A program made the translations under genes and the position numbers. This document shows, in pieces, positions 17,706 to 26,430 of a DNA stretch of 64,000 nt; the stretch's first letter is position 1; every line of letters begins with the position of its first letter. Origin of the DNA: Bacteroidota bacterium (lineage in GTDB: Bacteria; Bacteroidota; Rhodothermia; Balneolales; Balneolaceae). Where the stretch lies: positions 3,649 to 67,648 of the forward strand of contig PZPG01000008.1 in NCBI GenBank assembly GCA_003045995.1, read 5' to 3'. The notes under the pieces were generated by a model. It saw only the letters and a program-made list of their open reading frames with translations, had not been told where the DNA came from and did no database searches.

Positions 17706-20225
17706 TTGCAACGATTAGGCCAATTTCTTCTGGCGGCTCCCGGTTCGGTGATCGCTTTGTTTCTCTTTTTAACCGCGCTTGCCATCTATCCGGCCTCGCG
17801 TATTCAAACCGATTTTAACCTGGAAGGATTCTTTCCGGAAGATGATCCCGTTCTTCTGCAATTTGAGGAACTGGGTGAAGAGTTTGGTGAGGATGACACA
17901 GTTATGTTGATTGGATTCTCCTCTGACTCGCTATTTACGAGCGATGTACTCGAGCTGATTCGCTCTTTAACGCAACAATTTGAGTCTCTTCCAACCATCC
18001 AGTCGGTGCAAAGTCTTACCAATGCACGGAAGATTGAGAATAACGATGGATTCCTCTCATTTTCCGAGTATTTCCCATATCCCCAGGATAAATCTGAATT
18101 GGAAACCCAGGAGATTCTCGAGAAAGCGGAGACGATGGAGCAAGCAAGAAACAGCATCCTTGAAGATCCTTTCCTTGCCGGTACGTTGATTAGCAAAGAC
18201 GGAAGGCAAACTGCCTTTGTGCTCAATATCGAACCCGGCGAAAATACCTACGCCAATCGCAACCTTCTCATCGACGAGATTTATAAGATTATTGAACCCC
18301 ATCAGCAGGAAACCACATTTCATACTTCAGGAATCCCATACTACCGAAATCAGTATGTGAATATGCTAAACAAAGAGATCATCGGCTATATTGCGATCTC
18401 CTCCGTCTTGATTATTCTGCTACTTTGGTATCTCTACCGAAGTATGTGGGGAATCCTGTTTCCAATGATCATCGTTTGGAGTACCCTGCTCTTCACCATT
18501 GCAATTATGCAACTTACTGGGGGCTATTTGGAGATTATGAGCTCGACCATCGCCCCGATTCTGCTGTGTGTGGGCGTTGCCGATGCCATACACATGATTT
18601 CAAAATACGACGATGCAAGGGTCAGTGGCTGCTCCCGAAAGGAATCGATTCTGGAAATGCTAACTACACTCGGTCTGGCTACTCTTATGACCAGTATCAC
18701 GACTGCGATTGGATTCGCATCTTTGCTCAGTAGCAGTGTTGTTCCGATGAAAAAATTTGGGATCTACACAGCGGCCGGGGTGATGATCGCCTACCTAATC
18801 ACCATTGTGGTGCTTCCTGTTATGCTTGGCAAAACAAAAAAGCAGAAGATCTTCCATCAGGAGCGTGCGGTGGTCAATCACTGGATCAACCGGGTTCTGG
18901 AGCGAATTGCTCTGATCAATCGCCTCTATCACAATCGGGTATTGCTGGGGGCCGGCTTGATGCTACTGCTATTTGGCTATTTTATTTCAGAAGTAGATGT
19001 GAACGGACGGGTTTTCGACGATATTCGCGAAGACACAAGAATTATGCAAGATCAGGCTTTTTTCCAGGATGAAATCGGACCCCAGCTCTCCATTGAGCTC
19101 CTTGTCAACTCCGGGAAGCCCGAGGGTATGATCCAGCCAGAACGAATTCAGGAACTCGCTCGGCTGGAACAGGTTCTGCTCCAAATTCCGGAAGTAGATC
19201 GGGTTCTTGGTCTGCATACACTTTTACAAGAGGTTCACGAAGTGATGCAAGATGCCGATCTTCCGCAGGCAGCCGCTCTTCCTCAGATAGCCAATCTCCC
19301 CAAGACAACCAATCTCCCCAAGACAACCAATCTCCCCAAGACAACCAATCTCCCCCAGACAGCCAATCTCCCACAGACAGCCAATCTCTCACAGACAGCC
19401 AATCTCTCACTAACCGAAGCCGAAATTGCACAGTATTTGTTGCTCCTGGAGGTGAATAACGCCGATGAACTGTTCCGCCTAATCGATTTTGATTATCAAA
19501 AAGTACGGCTGAGAGCTTTTTTGCCCGACCTGGGATCTGAACGAATCAATGAAATCAAAGTAGAGCTGGAAGATATTCTGGCCCGCGACTTTCAGGATGT
19601 TACCATCACCTTAACAGGCACGACGATTCTGAGCGCCGACCTCACCGACAAAATTGTATACTCTCTGTTATGGAGCATTCTGATTGCCGTAGCTGCAATT
19701 TCCCTGATCATGGCGATGCTCTTCCGGTCGGTCATCATGGTTGCCATCTCTATGATCCCAAACCTGATTCCTTTACTTATTACCGCAGGTGTGATGGGTC
19801 TTTCCGGCGTTGACATCAAACCGTCTACGGCAGTGATCTTTACCATTGCTCTGGGCATCGCTGTGGACGACAGCATTCACTTTCTCTCCAGATTCAGGAT
19901 TGAGTATCTGCGAAGAGGTGCGATGCAGCCTGCGCTTACGGTTACAACGATAAAAACCGGACGGCCGATGATGATCACAAGCTTGATCCTGATAGCCGGT
20001 TTTGGCACACTCATCAATAGTGATTTTACCTCCACAACGATGATGGGTGCGCTGGTTTGCAGTACCATTTTCTCCGCTTTGGTAGCAGATTTACTGGTAC
20101 TTCCGTCTCTCTTCTATCGATTCCGGCCCCGAATCTTCAGTCAATCTCTCCATAGTGATGCTTCAGAGCCACCATCAGATCGTCGAACACCTTCTCTACC
20201 GGTTGAGATGCATCCAACACTGTAA
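17706..20225 (+). CDS. MMPL/RND-superfamily exporter (HpnN-like, 12 TM, two periplasmic domains)
   Basis: 839 aa with two six-helix bundles (GYIAISSVLIILLLWYL...GVADAIHM and LLWSILIAVAAISLIMAMLF...GIAVDDSIHFLSRF) separated by large soluble domains. TTG start at 17706 is tentative. 8.5 x 18-nt repeat in the second periplasmic domain. Confidence 0.85.
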   Translation: MQRLGQFLLAAPGSVIALFLFLTALAIYPASRIQTDFNLEGFFPEDDPVLLQFEELGEEFGEDDTVMLIGFSSDSLFTSDVLELIRSLTQQFESLPTIQSVQSLTNARKIENNDGFLSFSEYFPYPQDKSELETQEILEKAETMEQARNSILEDPFLAGTLISKDGRQTAFVLNIEPGENTYANRNLLIDEIYKIIEPHQQETTFHTSGIPYYRNQYVNMLNKEIIGYIAISSVLIILLLWYLYRSMWGILFPMIIVWSTLLFTIAIMQLTGGYLEIMSSTIAPILLCVGVADAIHMISKYDDARVSGCSRKESILEMLTTLGLATLMTSITTAIGFASLLSSSVVPMKKFGIYTAAGVMIAYLITIVVLPVMLGKTKKQKIFHQERAVVNHWINRVLERIALINRLYHNRVLLGAGLMLLLFGYFISEVDVNGRVFDDIREDTRIMQDQAFFQDEIGPQLSIELLVNSGKPEGMIQPERIQELARLEQVLLQIPEVDRVLGLHTLLQEVHEVMQDADLPQAAALPQIANLPKTTNLPKTTNLPKTTNLPQTANLPQTANLSQTANLSLTEAEIAQYLLLLEVNNADELFRLIDFDYQKVRLRAFLPDLGSERINEIKVELEDILARDFQDVTITLTGTTILSADLTDKIVYSLLWSILIAVAAISLIMAMLFRSVIMVAISMIPNLIPLLITAGVMGLSGVDIKPSTAVIFTIALGIAVDDSIHFLSRFRIEYLRRGAMQPALTVTTIKTGRPMMITSLILIAGFGTLINSDFTSTTMMGALVCSTIFSALVADLLVLPSLFYRFRPRIFSQSLHSDASEPPSDRRTPSLPVEMHPTL
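19260..19412. repeat. 8.5 x 18-nt tandem repeat in frame in the MMPL gene (LPQAAA LPQIAN LPKTTN x3 LPQTAN x2 LSQTAN LSL)
   Basis: Unit ctccccaagacaaccaat and close variants, read directly. Three central copies are identical. Confidence 0.97.
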
Positions 20226-20757
20226 CCCGATCGGGTTCGCGCTCCGCGATCTGATCATAGCCCTGGATTACCCGCTCAAAAAAAGCATCCCCGGCCCCCT
20301 CCATCCGGTCTGCCGCCTCGCCCTCTCTTCGTTTGGATGCGGTCTCCCGATCAACCCGAAGATAAAACGTGATGTCTGGAATAACGCCGTTAGTCGCCAG
20401 ATGGTTAAGGTTGCTGAGTTCTTCCATCCGAACTGCCTCCCTCCCGTATCCCTGATATGCGGTTGTGGAATCGTAAAATCGATCTAAAATGATCCACTCT
20501 CCTCGTTGAAGCAATGGCTGTACTTGCTGTGTGATGAGGTCGGAGCGAGCTGCCGAAAAGAGAATCATCTCTGTAACTGGGTGGATTGTCCGATTACTGT
20601 CTAGTAGGATGGCCCGAATCTCTTCCGATAAAGGGGTGCCTCCAGGTTCACGAAACAGATATACCTTCCTGCCTGTCCCCTCTAACAGAGCTTTTAGTTT
20701 TTGGATCTGGGTTGATTTCCCGCATCCATCGATTCCTTCAAAGGTGATGAGTGGCAT
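20137..20757 (-). CDS. tmk: thymidylate kinase
   Basis: P-loop FEGIDGCGKSTQ, DRFYDSTTAYQGYG, and a LID-region arginine pattern. Its 3' end overlaps the convergent MMPL gene by 89 nt. Confidence 0.95.
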   Translation of the reverse strand: MPLITFEGIDGCGKSTQIQKLKALLEGTGRKVYLFREPGGTPLSEEIRAILLDSNRTIHPVTEMILFSAARSDLITQQVQPLLQRGEWIILDRFYDSTTAYQGYGREAVRMEELSNLNHLATNGVIPDITFYLRVDRETASKRREGEAADRMEGAGDAFFERVIQGYDQIAEREPDRVTVLDASQPVEKVFDDLMVALKHHYGEID

Positions 20758-20766
20758 GGTGCAAGA

Positions 20767-20798
20767 TTGTGAGGTTGTGAAGTTGTGGAGTTATGACG
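20767..20798. repeat. 4 x 8-nt tandem repeat just upstream of the tmk start
   Basis: ttgtgagg / ttgtgaag / ttgtggag / ttatgacg. Confidence 0.8.
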
Positions 20799-20856
20799 CT
20801 CTGGAGTGTTGAAGCAGTACGTAGGTGTAGTGAATGGTGTTGCAGGAAAATACAAT

Positions 20857-21417
20857 TTAATAGATGGCATCCTCTGTTACCAAAACATCCAACGGATGAT
20901 CGTGTGGTTCGGATGGAAAACATCCGGAATACCGGGTTTGTTCAAAAAGGAGGCCAGCTGTCACAGCTCGTGTTTGGCGCAAAAAACGATCGTAGAAGCC
21001 TTTTCCATAGCCAATTCGATGTTTTTCACGATCTCCGGCTACCATCGGCACGAGTATAAGGTCGAGTACCCCAGGGTCTGCCTCTTCACCATCTACCGGC
21101 TCGGCAACTCCCCACCGCCCGGTTTCAAATTGGGTGTGTTTTGTGACATAGACGTGCCTGAGCTCATATTGAGGCTGAATGACAGGCACAACTACCCGTT
21201 TGCCCATGTCCAAAAGTTCCGGAACAAGCATTCTTGTATCAACTTCCCGGTGCTCAGGAATGGAGAGATAGGTATGGATGGTCCTTGCTGTGCAAAGCTG
21301 ATCCCAGGTTAGCAGTCGCTTTCGAATCGCCGCTGAATTTTTCAGGTACTGATCCTCCGGGATTCCATTGCGAATCTCCAGAAAATGACTCCGTAATTTC
21401 TGCTTCTCCGGTTGCAT
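20857..21417 (-). CDS. 5-formyltetrahydrofolate cyclo-ligase
   Basis: 186 aa. C-terminal signature LILVPMVAGDREKHRIGYGKGFYDRFL, and an N-terminal LR..F pattern typical of MTHFS. Confidence 0.88.
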   Translation of the reverse strand: MQPEKQKLRSHFLEIRNGIPEDQYLKNSAAIRKRLLTWDQLCTARTIHTYLSIPEHREVDTRMLVPELLDMGKRVVVPVIQPQYELRHVYVTKHTQFETGRWGVAEPVDGEEADPGVLDLILVPMVAGDREKHRIGYGKGFYDRFLRQTRAVTAGLLFEQTRYSGCFPSEPHDHPLDVLVTEDAIY

Positions 21418-21432
21418 ATCGTTTGTACTGAT

Positions 21433-21486
21433 GTAATAACAGCCTTGCGTAATAACCGCCTTACGTAATAACCACCTTATGTAATG
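21433..21486. repeat. 3.4 x 16-nt tandem repeat, intergenic
   Basis: gtaataacagccttgc / gtaataaccgccttac / gtaataaccaccttat / gtaatg. Confidence 0.95.
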
Positions 21487-21545
21487 AAAAGCCTATTTGA
21501 CGATCTGAAAGAGAATTTTGTGATCATCAAATCCCAAAAATCGTC

Positions 21546-23234
21546 TCAAAGAAAAAGAAATTTGTGCGATTCCGGCGTCTCATTTTCCAGCAGATGTATC
21601 AGGCCCGGTATAAATTCAGGTCCGTATTTGTTGAGCGGATGGATCAGGGCAACTTCACGCTCCTGAAGGCCGCCGTGTGGGAACAGGAAGCTTTGAACCT
21701 TATGAATACGTCCAATTTGATTCTCCTGCTGCTGCTTCACGGCACGAATCAACTTGCCTTTTAGTTTCATCAATTCATTGTGAAACACCGATTCTGCTCG
21801 GGATGCTGCTTTCACTAACGTAGGATCCACCTCCTCAATGAATCCTATCCTCGCCTCGGTTTCTTTCTGTATAGCCTCTGTCCACTCCTGGAAAAAGGCC
21901 TCCAGGTTATGATCATGCTCCCTACGAATATACTCTGTTTCCAAATCTTCCGTTCGAAGACGATACTCGTGCAACTCAAATGGCAGGTTTCCAGCTGCAC
22001 GGCTAATATGCGGTTCCACCAATGTGAGGCTGAATCTTGGCAGTATGATGGGCATCGTTTTGCCAAAGAGCGGATATACATCCCGGAGCTGAGCATAGTA
22101 GGATAGTTCGGAAGGCCCCGCCACATATGCCAGGACTGGAAGCAGTTCATCCTGTACTATTGGGCGAAGGAATACATTGGGAGACAATCGATAAAGTTCT
22201 TCTTTTACAATTTTTTGAAGTTCTATGTACTCCATCTCGTCCCCTTCACCCAGGCTCCATTGAAAATGCTGTGATCCTTGGACATTCCCTTGGACATTCC
22301 CTTGAGTCAACCCACTGGCTTCCCCATCACCCCTTCTCCGAACCTGGAGCTTTCGTCGCTGCATATCTTCATCCAAAAGAAACAGATTGGATTCCATTGG
22401 AACAACCTGCTGATGATAGCCGCTCTCCAACAACAACTTGGTTTGACGATCCACCCGGTCAAAAAAGGAGTACGGATCCGCCACATACGTCTCAAATACG
22501 GGCCTGCTCAACTCCTTTATCGCCTCACTGTGGCTTCCGCAAAGAATCAAACCCTCATCCGCAAACAGATCCATGATCCAGGTGGCAAATGCATCCCGGA
22601 AAGAGTGCGGGTGGGTCCATGCCTTCTGAAGTCGCACTGCAAGGCTTGCCCGAAAATCCGTATCAGGTAACACCAGGCGCAACTGCTCGAACACCTGCCG
22701 AAAAGACTCCTCCGATGGATACTGTTCCGAAACCGGCCGTCCTTCCACAAAGTCAGGAAATGAGATCGGTTTCAGCGCGCCTGAAGCATCGTGAACCCAC
22801 ACCGAACGAACCTCTTCTACATCGTGATCCTCGTCAGCAAGCCAGAAAACGGGGATAACCTCCCGTCCAAGCTCCTCTTGATATCTCCGCGAATAAAGTA
22901 TCGCCGTTGCAATTTTGTAGAGCGTGAATAAAGGACCTCCAAAGAGCGTAAGCTGCTGTCCGGTAACCACGACCATCGTTTCGGGATCCTTTAGCTTGTC
23001 TATTTGTCGGTAGACCGTCGGGTTAGAGGTAACGGGTTGATGTAATTCGCGCAAAGCCTCAGCCAGCGCATTCCGGTTGCATGTATGTGTGATTTTAGAT
23101 GCCCTGGTTACTGCTGCAGAATCGCGGAACGGGTGTATTTCGTAAAATCGAGTGATGTGACTTTTCTGCTCCAGATAGTCTGTAAACAGAGATCGGAAGC
23201 CGAGCTTGGAAAATGAGATGGACTGAAGTTTCAA
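21546..23234 (-). CDS. bshC: bacillithiol biosynthesis cysteine-adding enzyme BshC
   Basis: 562 aa. BshC signature VTGQQLTLFGGPLFTLYKI near the N-terminus, with the size and helical C-terminal domain typical of the family. In-frame 12-nt repeat (GNVQGNVQG). Confidence 0.88.
   Translation of the reverse strand: MKLQSISFSKLGFRSLFTDYLEQKSHITRFYEIHPFRDSAAVTRASKITHTCNRNALAEALRELHQPVTSNPTVYRQIDKLKDPETMVVVTGQQLTLFGGPLFTLYKIATAILYSRRYQEELGREVIPVFWLADEDHDVEEVRSVWVHDASGALKPISFPDFVEGRPVSEQYPSEESFRQVFEQLRLVLPDTDFRASLAVRLQKAWTHPHSFRDAFATWIMDLFADEGLILCGSHSEAIKELSRPVFETYVADPYSFFDRVDRQTKLLLESGYHQQVVPMESNLFLLDEDMQRRKLQVRRRGDGEASGLTQGNVQGNVQGSQHFQWSLGEGDEMEYIELQKIVKEELYRLSPNVFLRPIVQDELLPVLAYVAGPSELSYYAQLRDVYPLFGKTMPIILPRFSLTLVEPHISRAAGNLPFELHEYRLRTEDLETEYIRREHDHNLEAFFQEWTEAIQKETEARIGFIEEVDPTLVKAASRAESVFHNELMKLKGKLIRAVKQQQENQIGRIHKVQSFLFPHGGLQEREVALIHPLNKYGPEFIPGLIHLLENETPESHKFLFL
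22276..22306. repeat. 2.6 x 12-nt tandem repeat in frame in bshC
   Basis: ccttggacattc / ccttggacattc / ccttgag. Confidence 0.9.
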
Positions 23235-23235
23235 A

Positions 23236-23820
23236 TTATCCCTTCAATTGGTTGATTTTATCCCGAATGGAGGCGGCTTTCTCGTAATTTTCCGTTTCAA
23301 TTGCAATTTTGAGCTCCTGTTCGAGCTGATCCATTTTGTTTAAAGGTGGATGAGTTTTCCCCTCACTTTGGATTGGCTCCCGGGTTTGCTTTCCCTCCGT
23401 CTCCTGCCGTATATCATCTGCCTCAATTCCCGCCTCATGAAGCACCTCTTCCGCCACGTATACGGGAGCCTGAAACCGAATAGCAAGTGCAATAGCATCA
23501 CTTGGGCGTGCATCCAGCTCGATGCTGTTCCCCTGTGATTGAATGTGGATCTGAGCAAAAAAAGTTCCCTCGTGTAACTCGCTGATAACCACCTCCCTTA
23601 CAGAGGATTCGTGACCTAATATGATATTCTTTAACAGATCATGGGTCATGGGTCTCGGAGGTTTGATCTGTTCCATCTCCAGGGCGATGGCCTGTGCCTC
23701 AAAGGCTCCAATGATGATGGGCAATCGTTTGCTACCCTCTTTTTCCGTAAGAATCAATGCATAAGCCCCGCCACTTCCCGGACTCGTGGAGAGGCCCAAA
23801 ATATCCATTTCTACTTTCAT
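23236..23820 (-). CDS. bifunctional nuclease (DUF151) family protein with C-terminal UVR motif
   Basis: YALILTEKEGSKRLPIIIGAFEAQAIALEME...PRPMTHDL matches the DUF151 core. The C-terminal ENYEKAASIRDKINQLK is a UvrB/C-type helical motif. Confidence 0.82.
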   Translation of the reverse strand: MKVEMDILGLSTSPGSGGAYALILTEKEGSKRLPIIIGAFEAQAIALEMEQIKPPRPMTHDLLKNIILGHESSVREVVISELHEGTFFAQIHIQSQGNSIELDARPSDAIALAIRFQAPVYVAEEVLHEAGIEADDIRQETEGKQTREPIQSEGKTHPPLNKMDQLEQELKIAIETENYEKAASIRDKINQLKG

Positions 23821-24133
23821 CGCGGCGTCCTGATGGTTCTCTTTTTTATGCTAGGAAGGTAGTGATTTTTTGGGGGTGATTAAAAAATTTCATTCAAAAA
23901 TCCACTCCTGTTACTTCATAATTTCAGCACGGGTTAGTATATTAAAAATGCTTCTGTATGTGTCAAAACGGGTCCTCAAAACGTTTCCAAAGAACATCAT
24001 TGTACGACCCACCTAAAACACGCATTGATTGGACACATCAAGAGACATAAGAGCCATGCAAAACGCACATTCCCCATCGGAACGATTATTACCGTTGTTC
24101 ATATCTTTACTGCTGTTCAAATTTTTTTACCTG

Positions 24134-26425
24134 ATGAAGAAAGTACGTAGGTCGGGGAAATTGTTTCGATGTAAGCATTTTGTGGATTTTAAGAGTTCGA
24201 ATCATTCTTGCGCATATTTAGTTGCACTTCTTTTCGGCTTGCTTTTAACCGCTACGGTAGTGACCATCCCGGCTTACTCTAAACAGATGAATTCAGCACT
24301 GCCAGACCTGCAGCAGACTATGCAGGATGATACGTTAAAGGTGGGATTGGTTCTGAGTGGTGGCGGTGCAAAAGGGATCGCACATATTGGAATTATCAAA
24401 GCGCTGGAGGAAGCCGGTGTGCGCATTGATTATATCTCAGGAACCAGCATGGGAGCACTCATCGGGGGGCTCTATGCGATCGGGTATACATCAGATCAAT
24501 TACTGGAGATTGGTCTGAACAGCCGGTGGGAGGAGATATTTACTGAGAAACCCAGTCGCCGGTATCTTTCCAATTACCATAAGTCCTTTGATAACAAATC
24601 GATCGTCTCATTTCCCATCCGAGATGCAGGTATTGACTTGCCCTTCGGTTTACTCACCGGTCAGAATATCTACTCTTTTTTAAGCAGACTCACCTGGCCG
24701 GCGCACGGCACTTCCGATTTTAACGACTTTCCCATCCCCTTTTCGGCTACAGCAACCAATCTCGAGACTGGTGACTATGTACATTTTCGAAGTGGGTTTC
24801 TTGCCGATGCAATCCGTGCCAGCATCTCGATCCCTTCACTGATGATTCCACACGAAATCGATAATATTGCCTATGTCGACGGCGTCTTTTCGAACAATAT
24901 GCCGGTACAACAGGTAATCGATATGGGCGCGGAATATGTGATCTCCGTAGATGTTGCCACACCGCTACTATCCATTGGTGAAATGAGTTCCCTGGCAGAT
25001 ATCATGAATCAAACCTACTACTATCGTGTCAGCGATCTCCTGGAAAAGCAAATTGAACTTTCAGATATCTACATCAAACCAGAAGGAATTGATGATTTTA
25101 GTTTATTGCAGTTTGATGAGGTTACGGAACTGGTACATATTGGGCTCATGGCCGGAGAAAAATACAAACTACAGTTTGAAGAGATTGCCCGAAGACAGGG
25201 ATATACTGCTCCAGAGCGAAAAGGGATTGGTGAATATGGTGCCTTGCCATTGAATGATGTAGTGATTCATGGTAATCAGGAGATCGATGATGAGTTTATT
25301 GTGAACACGCTTCAGCTAAAAAGCGGTGATTCCATCACCCCGGATATCATTGAAAGTAGAATTGAGCTATTAATTGGCACACAGTTGTTTGACTTGATTA
25401 CCTACCGGGTTGAGCCCAATGAGAAATATTTTTATGATCTTCATATTGATGTGAAGGAGAGAACCTCTGAGTTGCTAAACGTAGGAGTTCGGTATGAAAC
25501 AAAAACGGAAGCATCTGTCTATGTGAGTGCAGAATTTACCAATCTTCTTCATGAGGGATCGAAGGTTGGCACTCAATTACGGCTCGGGGAAACTACCCGA
25601 CTGGATGCTGATTACTTACTGTACGGCAATATCGGTTCAAGATTTGCGATGAAAGCCTCCCTGGTGTATGAATCGGAGAATGCTGATGTTTATAGCGGAG
25701 AAACCCGTGTAGCACAGTTTACCGGAAACCAGTTTATGACGGAGCTGTCCATTGGCAACTACTTGAGTTCTTCATGGCTGCTTGCAGGTGGATTTCGCCG
25801 TTATTTTCTAGAGTTTAGTGATCAGATCAATCCTGAAAGGATTCCAATGAGTGAAACAAATCATAATACTCTCTTTGGTCTTCTTCATGTGGATCGGCTG
25901 GATCGTCTTTACTTTCCATCCAGTGGTGTTAATTTGATCGGCAATGCATCCTATAGTGGAGATTTTTTGTTTAGTAAGCTAGATTACGCAGCGGTTTCCG
26001 GTTTGTTGGAATATTACAGACCCCTTTCAACTTCCTGGACGCTGGAAAGTCGCCTCTTTGTAGGCTATACACGTGGAGAGGAGCTTCCTTGGTCGGCTTG
26101 GTACCATGTGAACCGGTATGACCCCAGAATGGGGATGGTTCGGTTTGGTGGTGCGAATCGCTACAGCCGGAGCTCAAAAAATGTCCAGTTAGCCGCTGCG
26201 GGTCTTCGATATGAACTGATGGCCGGGCGATACCTGGGCGGAAGTATTCAGGCGGCACAATTCTCCGATCGCTGGGTACTTACCGACACCAAACTGGAGA
26301 ATCTGGTGTATGGAGCGACCCTTTATGCCGGTGCAGAATCATTTATTGGACCGGTACAGATGATATTGTCTACTGGTTCTGGCAATACCTATCAGCTGGA
26401 GTTGCAGATCGGTTACCCGTTTTGA
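24134..26425 (+). CDS. patatin-like phospholipase fused to POTRA + Omp85-type beta-barrel (PlpD-like, type Vd architecture)
   Basis: Patatin motifs GLVLSGGGAKGIAHIG (oxyanion hole), GTSMGA (GxSxG nucleophile) and VDGV (catalytic Asp region). These are followed by a POTRA-like segment and a long beta-barrel ending QLELQIGYPF. The start is uncertain: TTG 24029, ATG 24056 or ATG 24134. Confidence 0.85.
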   Translation: MKKVRRSGKLFRCKHFVDFKSSNHSCAYLVALLFGLLLTATVVTIPAYSKQMNSALPDLQQTMQDDTLKVGLVLSGGGAKGIAHIGIIKALEEAGVRIDYISGTSMGALIGGLYAIGYTSDQLLEIGLNSRWEEIFTEKPSRRYLSNYHKSFDNKSIVSFPIRDAGIDLPFGLLTGQNIYSFLSRLTWPAHGTSDFNDFPIPFSATATNLETGDYVHFRSGFLADAIRASISIPSLMIPHEIDNIAYVDGVFSNNMPVQQVIDMGAEYVISVDVATPLLSIGEMSSLADIMNQTYYYRVSDLLEKQIELSDIYIKPEGIDDFSLLQFDEVTELVHIGLMAGEKYKLQFEEIARRQGYTAPERKGIGEYGALPLNDVVIHGNQEIDDEFIVNTLQLKSGDSITPDIIESRIELLIGTQLFDLITYRVEPNEKYFYDLHIDVKERTSELLNVGVRYETKTEASVYVSAEFTNLLHEGSKVGTQLRLGETTRLDADYLLYGNIGSRFAMKASLVYESENADVYSGETRVAQFTGNQFMTELSIGNYLSSSWLLAGGFRRYFLEFSDQINPERIPMSETNHNTLFGLLHVDRLDRLYFPSSGVNLIGNASYSGDFLFSKLDYAAVSGLLEYYRPLSTSWTLESRLFVGYTRGEELPWSAWYHVNRYDPRMGMVRFGGANRYSRSSKNVQLAAAGLRYELMAGRYLGGSIQAAQFSDRWVLTDTKLENLVYGATLYAGAESFIGPVQMILSTGSGNTYQLELQIGYPF

Positions 26426-26430
26426 ATGTG

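Noticed and set aside
19260-19412. I considered whether the repeat arrays (this one, 27579-27671, 63081-63155 and others) could be CRISPR arrays.
   Set aside because: The units are contiguous head-to-tail with no unique spacers. They are far shorter than CRISPR repeats, often lie in frame inside genes, and no cas genes are present.
24029-24133. The TTG start at 24029 for the patatin-Omp85 protein.
   Set aside because: The upstream 35 codons have no signal-peptide character. An ATG at 24134 precedes a basic stretch and the hydrophobic segment. The start remains uncertain.
23821-24133. The ~300-nt divergent intergenic region (also 44700-44978) as a possible ncRNA or riboswitch.
   Set aside because: I could not recognise any conserved riboswitch or sRNA motif or stable structure by eye. 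These regions are most simply AT-rich divergent promoter regions.
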